A stretch of 64,000 nucleotides of DNA, from positions 6,821 to 70,820 of the forward strand of contig JAPYRK010000006.1 of assembly GCA_029941115.1 (NCBI GenBank), read 5' to 3'. Below the pieces are notes generated by a model. It ran no database searches. It had not been told where the DNA came from and saw only the letters and a program-made list of their open reading frames with translations. Below are positions 38,587 through 47,111 of the stretch, piece by piece. The stretch is from Dehalococcoidia bacterium. Its GTDB lineage: Bacteria > Chloroflexota > Dehalococcoidia > UBA2979. The stretch's first letter is position 1; every line of letters begins with the position of its first letter. Both the position numbers and the translations under genes were made by a program.

Positions 38587-39339
38587 ATGCCTTTTTACGA
38601 AAGAGAGTCTGTTCGCATTTATTATGAGGAGGCAGGATCGGGATTTCCGCTTCTCATTATTCCGGGTGGCGGACTTAATTCTTCCTTATCGTCACTAGTG
38701 ACCTCCGTTCCTTTCAATCCAATGGATCGGTACAAAGATGATTTTCGATGTATATCCGCTGACCTACGAAATGCAGCGTCTGGCCAATCGAGCGGTCCGT
38801 TAGAAGTTGATCGTCCGTGGGATGCCTATTCCGATGATCACTTGGGCTTGATGGATGAGCTTGGAATTCACGAGTTTTTAGTCTTAGGTTTTTGCATAGG
38901 TGGACCGATGATTCATAATTTAATCAGACTAGCTCCGGACCGAGTCGTTGCCGCGGCACTTATGCAACCCAGCGGCTTCAGCCCGAAGTATCCTGACCTG
39001 TTTTATCAAAATAATAGAAAGAACTGGGGCCCACCCCTTTGTGAAAAACGACCTGAAATAACAAGCACTATGGTCCATGACTTTCTGACAAGTATGTACA
39101 CTGACCGAGGCGACTTTGTTTTTACGGTTTCACGTGATTTCGTTAGTTCCATTCAGACTCCCTTATTGATAGCGCCTGACGACGTTCCGGCACATCCGTA
39201 TGAAGCCGCAATGGAGGTGGCTAATCTCGCCCCAAACTCCGAATTAACAATCTATCCATGGAAAGATTCGCCGTCACACATAGAACAGGCCGTATTACAT
39301 GCGCGTGAGTTTCTAAAGAAGCACCAGCCTGCAGATTAA
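38587..39339 (+). CDS. alpha/beta hydrolase fold protein
   Basis: GFCIGG nucleophile elbow. Start taken at MPFYERE with a GGGAG RBS. Confidence 0.72.
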   Translation: MPFYERESVRIYYEEAGSGFPLLIIPGGGLNSSLSSLVTSVPFNPMDRYKDDFRCISADLRNAASGQSSGPLEVDRPWDAYSDDHLGLMDELGIHEFLVLGFCIGGPMIHNLIRLAPDRVVAAALMQPSGFSPKYPDLFYQNNRKNWGPPLCEKRPEITSTMVHDFLTSMYTDRGDFVFTVSRDFVSSIQTPLLIAPDDVPAHPYEAAMEVANLAPNSELTIYPWKDSPSHIEQAVLHAREFLKKHQPAD

Positions 39340-39716
39340 ATAGTAAGCATATCTTCTTCAAGATCAGTATTTCTTGCAGTATAGTCAGCCAATTCACTGA
39401 GGTTAGATTTTATTTCATTTCTGTCTAATTTAGAATTTTTGTGAGCCGTATCCATCCGGCTTGGGCTAGTGATTTGTGAAGAGGTCATGCCAGAGCTATT
39501 GCTAATTTTTTGACGTCGTTCCTTGACTGATTGCCAAGGACCTTTCGGACCATCTGCCGGTTTACACACAAGACATTCTCTGTAGCCATTTTGCCTGGCA
39601 TCTCCAAGGGTTTTGAAGTATCGTCGATGTTCCGGCTTCGTCCGTCTTCCAGGCGGGCAATTTGGTCGACATACGATTCCAGTGGTAATGCATGCGTTGA
39701 ACAAGAAATTATCCAT
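39336..39716 (-). CDS. Ada metal-binding (Ada_Zn_binding) domain protein with low-complexity C-terminus
   Basis: TTGIVCRPNCPPGRRTKPEHRRYFKTLGDARQNGYRECLVCKP matches the Ada N-terminal Zn(Cys)4 domain. Confidence 0.55.
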   Translation of the reverse strand: MDNFLFNACITTGIVCRPNCPPGRRTKPEHRRYFKTLGDARQNGYRECLVCKPADGPKGPWQSVKERRQKISNSSGMTSSQITSPSRMDTAHKNSKLDRNEIKSNLSELADYTARNTDLEEDMLTI

Positions 39717-39849
39717 GATCGAACTTTCTTTATTCTTCAAACATGAGTGACTAGCTGCCTAACGGTCGAAAATCTATAGTTCATGCGCCTAACGTGAGAT
39801 GTATTTCAATAGTGCTGAGAAATCGCTATCTTCCACTCTGGCCTGTTCT

Positions 39850-40881
39850 TTATGACGTGCCGAAAGAAAGTAAGTTTTCGACTGGAGTATAGAGTTCTTC
39901 CAGATACTCAATATCGGCCTGATCTAATGTTATTTTGGTCGAATCGACTAGCTGATCAAGTTGCTCTAATTTCGATACTCCCACGATGGGTGCAGTAATT
40001 TCTGATTTATTAAGAAGCCAGGCTAGAGCGATTTGTGCGGATGATTTTTCATACTTGCTCGCAACCTCACCGACCCTTTCAGCAATACTGAATACATGCT
40101 CTCCGTGATATAAGCTTTCAGTACGAGCTCTGTCTTGACCTTGGGATCTATCAGTACTTCCTGCCCCGAACCCACCTTTATAAGCTCCCGCCAGGATGCC
40201 ACGAGCTAACGGCGACCAAGGAGTTAGTGCCACGCCCGACTTTTCACAGTATGGGTTCATTTCTCGCTCTTCTTCACGGTAGACGAGGTTGTAGTGATTT
40301 TGCATCGAGACAAACCGTTGCCACCCATGCATTTGAGCTGTTAGCTGAAGTTCCGCGAATTGCCAGGCAAACATTGAGGACGCGCCAAGATATAAGACCT
40401 TTCCAGCCTTAACGACGTCATTCAAAGCCTCCATCGTTTCCTCGATTGAGACTTCGCTTTCCTGGCCACGTATTCCGTGTGGATGGCGATGGATTACCAG
40501 ATGATCGATGTAATCGTGACCAAGTCTTTTTAGACTAGCATCGACTCCTTCCATAATATGCTTGCGAGATAATCCGGATTGATTAGCGCCACGACCCATG
40601 GGTTGGGCAATTTTTGTCGCTAGTACATAATTGTCCCGAGGCAACAGTTCATTCAGCAGCGCGCCAACTACTTCTTCAGAGGCTCCTAGCCCATAGACGT
40701 CGGCGCAGTCAAAGTAGTAGAGTCCGTGCTCTATAGCAGCCTTAAAGATGGGGCGAGCTTCATCAGTAGTCAAAGTCCAATCACCTTGATGGCCTCGACC
40801 GGGGATGCCGAAGTTCATAGTCCCCAAACATAATTCGGAGACGTTTAATCCACTGGTGCCAAGTTGTACACTGTCTAGCAT
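39850..40881 (-). CDS. aldo/keto reductase
   Basis: 343 aa with the AKR catalytic tetrad context (DCADVYG, LATKI, HRHPH). Confidence 0.9.
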   Translation of the reverse strand: MLDSVQLGTSGLNVSELCLGTMNFGIPGRGHQGDWTLTTDEARPIFKAAIEHGLYYFDCADVYGLGASEEVVGALLNELLPRDNYVLATKIAQPMGRGANQSGLSRKHIMEGVDASLKRLGHDYIDHLVIHRHPHGIRGQESEVSIEETMEALNDVVKAGKVLYLGASSMFAWQFAELQLTAQMHGWQRFVSMQNHYNLVYREEEREMNPYCEKSGVALTPWSPLARGILAGAYKGGFGAGSTDRSQGQDRARTESLYHGEHVFSIAERVGEVASKYEKSSAQIALAWLLNKSEITAPIVGVSKLEQLDQLVDSTKITLDQADIEYLEELYTPVENLLSFGTS

Positions 40882-40968
40882 TTGAACTCCCTAGTTATCA
40901 TTTGAGTTATCCACGTAACAGGCACCATGTTACAGGCTCGATGACTACTTGGTGCAAATCAGATTGTC

Positions 40969-41340
40969 ATCTCACAACATTACTTTTAAATTTTTTTTTC
41001 GATCACGAAATCCCTGTGAGGATAAGAGGTAATCAGCGATTTTTTCGGTAGTTTTCCAGTCTTCGTTTGAAGGATAAAATTTCCGGAGACCGTTCATCTG
41101 GGATGCCGAACACCATCCGCCAGCGCGGAGAATTTTTACCCCATCTTGTTTTAGGATGTTGATCTAAGGAATTAAGCTTTCTGAAATATCAATTACACCG
41201 AGCGACCGTTGATACCATGAATTTTCGATACTTTCGCTTTCATGGCCTCATTCAGCCATTTTGGCCTTTATGCCAATAAAATTAAGATCTTGGCTGAGCT
41301 CATCTCGGGTTTTGTCTCGAAATGTATCTTTCACGGTCAT
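40969..41340 (-). pseudogene. possible gene remnant interrupted by in-frame TGA (41248..41250) and TAG
   Basis: Three contiguous same-frame coding-like segments, MTVKDTFRDKTRDELSQDLNFIGIKAKMAE / GHESESIENSWYQRSLGVIDISESLIP / INILKQDGVKILRAGGWCSASQMNGLRKFYP..., in AT-rich DNA with long homopolymers. Confidence 0.2.
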
Positions 41341-41479
41341 TGCCCTATTTTTTGATTAAATGTCAGATTCTTTTTTTACTATATATGCGTAGTGGTTAGA
41401 TTTTAACTTTTTTGCTGACAAAATTATGTTATAGATCACGGGATAAATTAGGTCTAATAAAAGATAGAGGTAAGGAACT

Positions 41480-41788
41480 ATGATTTTCCATATAATCGCT
41501 GAGCACGACCACACCACCTGTGGCCGAGTCGAAAATGGCTTGGTAACTAAAACTTGGGAAGAGAGTGCACAAGGTGCAACGTCCTGGGTAGAAGGTAATG
41601 ACAACGTAACAGTACTTGGTGTTTGAGGTTATCCAGTTCAGCATCGTATTTTTGCGGTTGTTGAAGCCGAGACATTTGAGGCTGTCGAATTACTTTTCGA
41701 TTTTCATCTCGCTAAAGGACCAGTCGAGTTTTTACCAGTAAAGGATTTGGTTCAAAATCGGAAAGACCTAGGTTTCTGGGGTCAATGA
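41480..41788 (+). CDS. muconolactone-isomerase-like (dimeric alpha+beta barrel) ORF with one in-frame TGA at 41624..41626 (Sec/readthrough or pseudogene)
   Basis: TAAGGA RBS, MIFHIIAEHDH...VTVLGV-TGA-GYPVQHRIFAVVEAETFEAVELLFDFHLAKGPVEFLPV... The length (102 codons) and the MLFHV-like start resemble MLI (about 96 aa). The track missed it because both halves are under 60 aa. Confidence 0.3.
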
Positions 41789-41884
41789 TGACTTTGACGT
41801 AATCAAACGGATTGACCCAGGTCGTAGTTTTTCCGTCGATGTATTAGGATTTACGAAAGCATATAAAGGTAATTGGAGGATGAA

Positions 41885-42286
41885 ATGACAAGGATATTAA
41901 ATCCGGTGATTTGGTTGTGGATATTTTCTGCCTTAAACCTCTTTGTTGGTGCAGGACAAGGCCTAGTTGATGGTCAGTCCGTCGCTGAGATGGGATGGGG
42001 TAGCGACAATACAGGCGCGCATGACGCATTTTATGAGACAAATATGTCAATCATGATGTGCATATTATCTATTTTAGCGGCCGGAATTGCTCTTTTTACT
42101 TCAGGGTTAGCTCGAGCGAGAATGACGACTCTTTTGGGCGTGAGCATGATAGGAACCATAGTAGTTTGGCTGACATATGGATCGTCAAACAATTATGACA
42201 CTGGTGGTCCGATAATAATATTGCCCTTCGCGATTTTTGCTCTGCTTACGTTAAGCGGAATTCTAAGTCTTAAAAGTTCGGAGTAA
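41885..42286 (+). CDS. hypothetical membrane protein (four TM)
   Basis: A GGAGG RBS lies 5 nt before the ATG at 41885. The sequence is hydrophobic and glycine-rich. Confidence 0.45.
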   Translation: MTRILNPVIWLWIFSALNLFVGAGQGLVDGQSVAEMGWGSDNTGAHDAFYETNMSIMMCILSILAAGIALFTSGLARARMTTLLGVSMIGTIVVWLTYGSSNNYDTGGPIIILPFAIFALLTLSGILSLKSSE

Positions 42287-42443
42287 TTTGCAACTGAAGG
42301 TTGTAGTCTGACTGATATTTTGGAGTAGTTAGATTCAGCTTTCTCGACAAGAGTGATTATTACTCCCTGCTCGTCGGCGAGTAACCTGTATTTTTTCTAC
42401 TGTCAGTATTATTGTTTAGATATCAAAATGAGGAGATAAAGTC

Positions 42444-42836
42444 ATGGCGGCGACACCTGAAGACGCACTGAAAGATGCGGTCGAAGCGATCGGCGATAGT
42501 AAAAAAAAGAAATACCGAGACACAATTCATCAACCCGTACATCAGGTCATTGTGTCCGACACTTCAGACCGGAGATTTGATGAATCGAACATTCCCGAAT
42601 ATATGTCCGATGTGTGGGAGCAGTATCTACCTGACTGGGTAGGGAGTACCTGTACACTGGATTCTTTCGAGATAGTTATTCAAGATAGTCTGAAGATCGC
42701 ATACCTGATAAAAGCGAGTCGATTATTCGCCGATGGATCCTTGATGCAGACATTTGACGCAATTTTCACTGTTGGTAACAAGAATGGTGACTGGCGTCTT
42801 ATTAGCCGCAATCCATTCAACATAACAAAGGCCTAG
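42444..42836 (+). CDS. hypothetical protein (possible NTF2/SnoaL-like)
   Basis: GAGGAG RBS; 130 aa with a C-terminal W..I pattern. Confidence 0.35.
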   Translation: MAATPEDALKDAVEAIGDSKKKKYRDTIHQPVHQVIVSDTSDRRFDESNIPEYMSDVWEQYLPDWVGSTCTLDSFEIVIQDSLKIAYLIKASRLFADGSLMQTFDAIFTVGNKNGDWRLISRNPFNITKA

Positions 42837-42948
42837 TTTCATTAAACAGAAACTACAAGGTTTACGTCTTCTTTCACTTTGGTGGGTCTTTAGATGGGCC
42901 TCATTTGGAGAAGCAATTTGGTCTGTTTATCTCATTGAGCAGAGGGGA

Positions 42949-44025
42949 TTGAGCTTGGGGACGGTGCTCGCGTTTGAGGCTGCCTGGTGGATATTTATTA
43001 TTGCGCTTGAAATTCCTACTGGAATAATTACTGATAGATGGGGAAGGAAACGATCACTTGTTGCAGGCTCTCTTTTATTCACATTGGGTTTCTTAGTATT
43101 TGGATTGTCAGCTAGCCCTGTTCTTTTGCTTTCTGCCTATTTGATCTGGGGACTGGGTGACAGCTTTTTTTCAGGAACTGATACGGCATTTCTTTTCGAA
43201 ACCTTGAAGAAGCAACGAGCGACCGAAAAATATGCTCAATATGAAGGCTTTCTTAACTCAGGAGCTCTCTTGGTAGTCGCGATGACAGCGGCACTCGGGC
43301 CGATTCTATTGCTTTGGACCCCCCTATCAGTCCCATTCATTCTTAGTGCCCTTTTCGGACTAATTCTTGTTTGTGCAGCAATGTTTCTGAGTGAGCCAAG
43401 GACTCAAGAGTCATCCATAGAGAATTCGCGTGCCAGTGGATTTAAATCCACAATTTCTATGCTTGCTAACCCGAGTGTAGCTGGCATCATTTGTCTGAAA
43501 GCAATTCCCGAGATGTCGCTGGCGATTTTGCTTCTTACCTTGCCTCAGACACTCTCAAATTATGGTTTGCCAACTTTTCAATTCGGTTGGTGGGTGGCCT
43601 TGATTTTTGTACTGATGGGGTTTTCCTCTATATGGGCTGGCCGAGCTATACATTTCCTCTCATTGCCGAAATGGTTTGGCATGGCATCTTTTACCTCAGC
43701 GATGGCGTTTATTCTTTCGACTACAACTCATATGTGGCTGTTCCCATTATGTGTTTTACCGGCCTTGTTCCTTCCACTTCTCGAGCCACATGTGAATCAG
43801 TATCTTGCAGAAAGAGCGCTGCAGTCTAATCGAGCTACTCTTCTCTCAGTTGCAAATGCAGCAATGTCAGTTGTAATAGCCACTTCTATATTCGGCGGAG
43901 CCTGGGCGATGGATCAGTTTGGATTTGTGATAGCTATGTGGATCTTTGCCGGAGCAACTATCGTACTGACCGGGACAGGCTTCACGCTGTGGTTTGCCGG
44001 CAATCGAAATTCCGTCGCGGTCTGA
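42949..44025 (+). CDS. MFS transporter (N-terminus uncertain: TM1 is encoded upstream of the TTG start with no in-frame ATG)
   Basis: DRWGRKR loop 2-3 motif and 10-11 TM. The in-frame upstream reading 42826..42948 encodes LRLLSLWWVFRWASFGEAIWSVYL (TM1). Confidence 0.78.
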   Translation: MSLGTVLAFEAAWWIFIIALEIPTGIITDRWGRKRSLVAGSLLFTLGFLVFGLSASPVLLLSAYLIWGLGDSFFSGTDTAFLFETLKKQRATEKYAQYEGFLNSGALLVVAMTAALGPILLLWTPLSVPFILSALFGLILVCAAMFLSEPRTQESSIENSRASGFKSTISMLANPSVAGIICLKAIPEMSLAILLLTLPQTLSNYGLPTFQFGWWVALIFVLMGFSSIWAGRAIHFLSLPKWFGMASFTSAMAFILSTTTHMWLFPLCVLPALFLPLLEPHVNQYLAERALQSNRATLLSVANAAMSVVIATSIFGGAWAMDQFGFVIAMWIFAGATIVLTGTGFTLWFAGNRNSVAV

Positions 44026-44201
44026 TCTCTCACACTAACACTAGAATTTCGCAATCGCTGGTATCAGCTCGCTCCCATATGGATTTATAGGTTTGATCAC
44101 TTATCGTCATTAGGCTTGTAATATTCGTGTCTACTTTAGGCCATAGCATGTCTAAGTTTAAGTATGATGCTACTGACCCTAAAGAAGAGAGAGTTTAGGT
44201 T

Positions 44202-44879
44202 ATGGCCACGTCGAAAATTCCGATGCCTGCTCTTGTCCCCGAGGGATTGTTACTCGGTGATGATGGTCGGGCTCGATGTGCCTGGGCCTTAAAAGTTCCC
44301 GGCTTTGTTGATTACCACGACAAGGAGTGGGGGTTTCCGGTTGAGGACGAACACAGACTTTTTGAGAAGATATGCCTTGAGGGATTTCAGTCGGGACTGT
44401 CTTGGAAGACTATCCTGGACAAGCGACCTGCGTTTCGTGAAGTTTTCTTGGATTTCGATTTCGAAAAGGTGGCGCGGTTTGGAGAGATAGATGTGCATCG
44501 TCTCATGAGCGACGCTCGGATCGTTAGGCACCGTGGAAAAATCGAGGCGACAATAAACAATGCACGACGGGCCTGCGAGGCTGTGGAAGTTCATGGCTCC
44601 TTGGGAGCACTTGTCTGGGATTACGAACCACCACCTGTGGCGAAGGTGAGTAATAAAATAGGGCATATTACTTCGAAGACCGAACACTCTGCTAGGTTTG
44701 CGGCTGATCTCAAGAAACTAGGCTGGCGTTTCTTTGGACCAACAACGGCTTATGCCTTTATGCAGGCAATGGGATTGGTGAACGATCACTTGGAGGGTTG
44801 TTTCGTTCGCAAAGCATGTGAAGCGGTTCGGACCAAGTTTATGCGACCGCTATCGACGGATGTTGAAGCAGGTTTCTAA
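44202..44879 (+). CDS. tag: DNA-3-methyladenine glycosylase I
   Basis: RCAWA..DYHDKEWGFPV..LFEKICLEGFQSGLSWKTIL...RHRGKIEA..NAR and C-terminal FMQAMGLVNDHLEGC are collinear with E. coli Tag. Confidence 0.92.
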   Translation: MATSKIPMPALVPEGLLLGDDGRARCAWALKVPGFVDYHDKEWGFPVEDEHRLFEKICLEGFQSGLSWKTILDKRPAFREVFLDFDFEKVARFGEIDVHRLMSDARIVRHRGKIEATINNARRACEAVEVHGSLGALVWDYEPPPVAKVSNKIGHITSKTEHSARFAADLKKLGWRFFGPTTAYAFMQAMGLVNDHLEGCFVRKACEAVRTKFMRPLSTDVEAGF

Positions 44880-45330
44880 CGCGGTGCTTCCGCTCGCTTT
44901 CGCAAGCTGACATCCTTGTTAGTCTCTGTCGGGGACAGGTGTTGCCATCTTTGCATCCTGTTGTTGATGGAGTCCTCCCTCACAAAATATCTGCCGCAGA
45001 AAATACTTTATTTAATCAGGTCAGCTCGTACATTCTTGCTTAAAAGTTGCATAAGCACAGCAACCTCAATCAAATCGGTCAAGAAAAAGTACCAATGAAG
45101 CCTATACCTTCCGCCGAGACTGCTGCGAAGATCTCTAATACTAATAGTAAGGAATCAAGATTTCGTGCCCTGATCATTCTTTTGCATATTTCGTAACCTG
45201 AATGAAACTATTCCAGAGGTTCGTTCCAATTCTTCTTGGATTAACCAGCCGGTCTGCATCGACTTTAGATACTCGGCTCTAAGTCGTGCTGCTTTCTCTG
45301 GCGACAATTTCTTTTTCGGGTCGTTCGTAG

Positions 45331-46143
45331 TTATCTCTCGACCAGGGTATCCGCCTGCCGGGACCATTCGCCGAAGGAACCGTCATAGTTCCTGGCCTTG
45401 TCATAACCCATGAGTTTCAGAATCATTAAAGCGTGCGCCGCACGCATGCCACCCTGTCAATATGTAAGAACTTCACTTTCCGGAGTGATCCCACGTTCCT
45501 CAAGAATTTTTTGGATTTCATCAGCAGGCTTCATAGTTTGTGACTCAGGTTCGACGACGGAGTTCCACTCCAAATGTATTGCTCCAGGGATACGGCCGAC
45601 ACGATCAGGCGCATTCCCCCTTGAAATTTCTCCTGTAAACTCTCCCTCCAGTCGCGTATCCCAAAAAATGACTTGGGAATTATTTACGCCATCCTTTGCG
45701 TGCCCCAAGTCACAATAGAGATCAGGGATTATTTGCTTTATAAACTGTGTCGATGGGAATTCAGATTGTCTGGTTTCGAGATCGCGTTTTTCGACTGTCC
45801 ATTTCTTAATTCCGCCATTCAAAAAGTGCACCTTCATGAGGCCATAATACGAAAGTAACCACCAAGCGCGCGCTGCCGGAGGTCCAAGATCGTCATAACA
45901 AATAACCCTACTGTCATTACCAATTCCATTCTTAGATAATGTCTGAGCGAAATCATCGGGATCAACTAACTCCAAGTTAAAAGGAATGTCGAGTAAGTTG
46001 ATTGCCCCTGGGATGTGACCCTTGTCGTATTCTTCTTGTGAGCGAACATCGATTATTCGTAAATCCGTGTCCGAGATATGATCCGCAAGCCACGCACTTT
46101 CAACTAGTATCGTTTGATTGGGATAGGGTTTCGTGTCAGGCAT
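45331..46143 (-). CDS. two-domain rhodanese (thiosulfate/3-mercaptopyruvate sulfurtransferase-like), selenoprotein candidate with Sec (TGA 45457..45459) at the catalytic Cys position
   Basis: The track ORF stops at TGA. Read-through gives ...EVLTY-U-QGGMRAAHALMILKLMGYDKARNYDGSFGEWSRQADTLVER, which is exactly the CRxGxR active-site loop followed by the conserved YDGSW.EW tail. GAGGAG RBS at the start. Confidence 0.68.
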
Positions 46144-46370
46144 TAATTCTCCTCGTTTCTATTAGTGCTAGTTTAATCTACGTACGGTAGACAATAAGGG
46201 TAAATATTCGAGCGAGAGCGGCCGATAGGTGTTAGCTCAGAACTAATAATTTCGGTCAGGGCGCGCAGAGAGACTTTCGTAAGTAATTTTGCCATGGTTA
46301 TGATCAAGCCTATGCGTTGTTGCCACCCGTGACGTCATAAAAATCCTGAACATGGGCCCAACTCGTGAAA

Positions 46371-46934
46371 TCAGTGAAAAGATCTTAGGAACGAGTCGAT
46401 TTCCTTACTGGATCGCAGCCGAACAATCTCTAGTTCGGAATTGTTAGTAACGATGGCTAACATTCGTTTTCTTTTGTTGGCGTGCTGAGTAACAGCCCAA
46501 AACAAAAGTGAATCATTGCTCCATATTTTCAGGTGTTTGAAGAAGTTTTCGTAATTCGTCCCCCATAAGAGCTCATGTGTCCGCCAACGCTTCCATGATC
46601 TTCTAACTAGTCTGCCGAGTATGGTGGCTATGGGTAGGTCCAACCATATGATTAGGTTGATGTCTTTCCACACTGTAACTCGTATGTGATCTTCGTACGA
46701 ACCAGCGATTACCCACGAGTTGGACTTTGTAGCCTCAATAATCTTTGCTTGAAACAGTCTTGGGTTATGTTCATTGAGGCCAAACCAGTTAGGTAAGAAA
46801 TTGATTTCGTCCAGTTCTACGAAGGGGATATCTGTTTTACTGGCAACTTTGCGCCCGACTGTGCTTTTCCCAGAACAAGTATTTCCCACCACATAAATTC
46901 TTCGTCCGGTGATCTTCAATTCTTTCTCGATCAT
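46371..46934 (-). CDS. P-loop NTPase, adenylate-kinase-like/topology modulation protein FlaR-like
   Basis: Walker A VVGNTCSGKST, 187 aa, and a kinase-like lid region. Confidence 0.5.
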   Translation of the reverse strand: MIEKELKITGRRIYVVGNTCSGKSTVGRKVASKTDIPFVELDEINFLPNWFGLNEHNPRLFQAKIIEATKSNSWVIAGSYEDHIRVTVWKDINLIIWLDLPIATILGRLVRRSWKRWRTHELLWGTNYENFFKHLKIWSNDSLLFWAVTQHANKRKRMLAIVTNNSELEIVRLRSSKEIDSFLRSFH

Positions 46935-46983
46935 CTCTTAAATACTAGGGATGCAGGTCAACCGCTGCGACTCACGTCGGTTT

Positions 46984-47041
46984 TGTTGAGAGACTCGTCG
47001 GTTATAAAATCTCTGGGAGAAACGATTACACCCTCAGCATG
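46984..47041 (+). promoter_or_regulatory. copy A of a duplicated ~58 bp promoter/leader module (TGTTGrGrGAsTC-N9-ATAAAATCTCTGGGAGAAA-N16-ATG)
   Basis: Identical at 30 of 38 aligned positions (47004..47041), including a 19 bp identical core, to the copy at 49133..49190, with the same spacing to an ATG. It contains a -10-like TAAAAT and the palindrome TCTCTGGGAGA. Confidence 0.5.
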
Positions 47042-47111
47042 TCTGACAAATTAAACGAGTGGCTAAATTTTTATGCTTTCCTCGTGCGGCTTTGTTGCCG
47101 CGTTGATAGTA

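Noticed and set aside
41356-41644. Two overlapping minus-strand ORFs (82 and 71 aa) in the AT-rich region
   Set aside because: Low-complexity, Leu/Ile/Tyr-rich translations typical of AT-rich noncoding sequence. The + strand MLI-like ORF with an RBS is the better explanation.
45155-45367. 70 aa minus-strand ORF from the track (MVPAGGYPGREITT...)
   Set aside because: It overlaps, out of frame, the true 3' end of the rhodanese gene once the TGA is read through. It has no RBS or family signal, so it is probably spurious.
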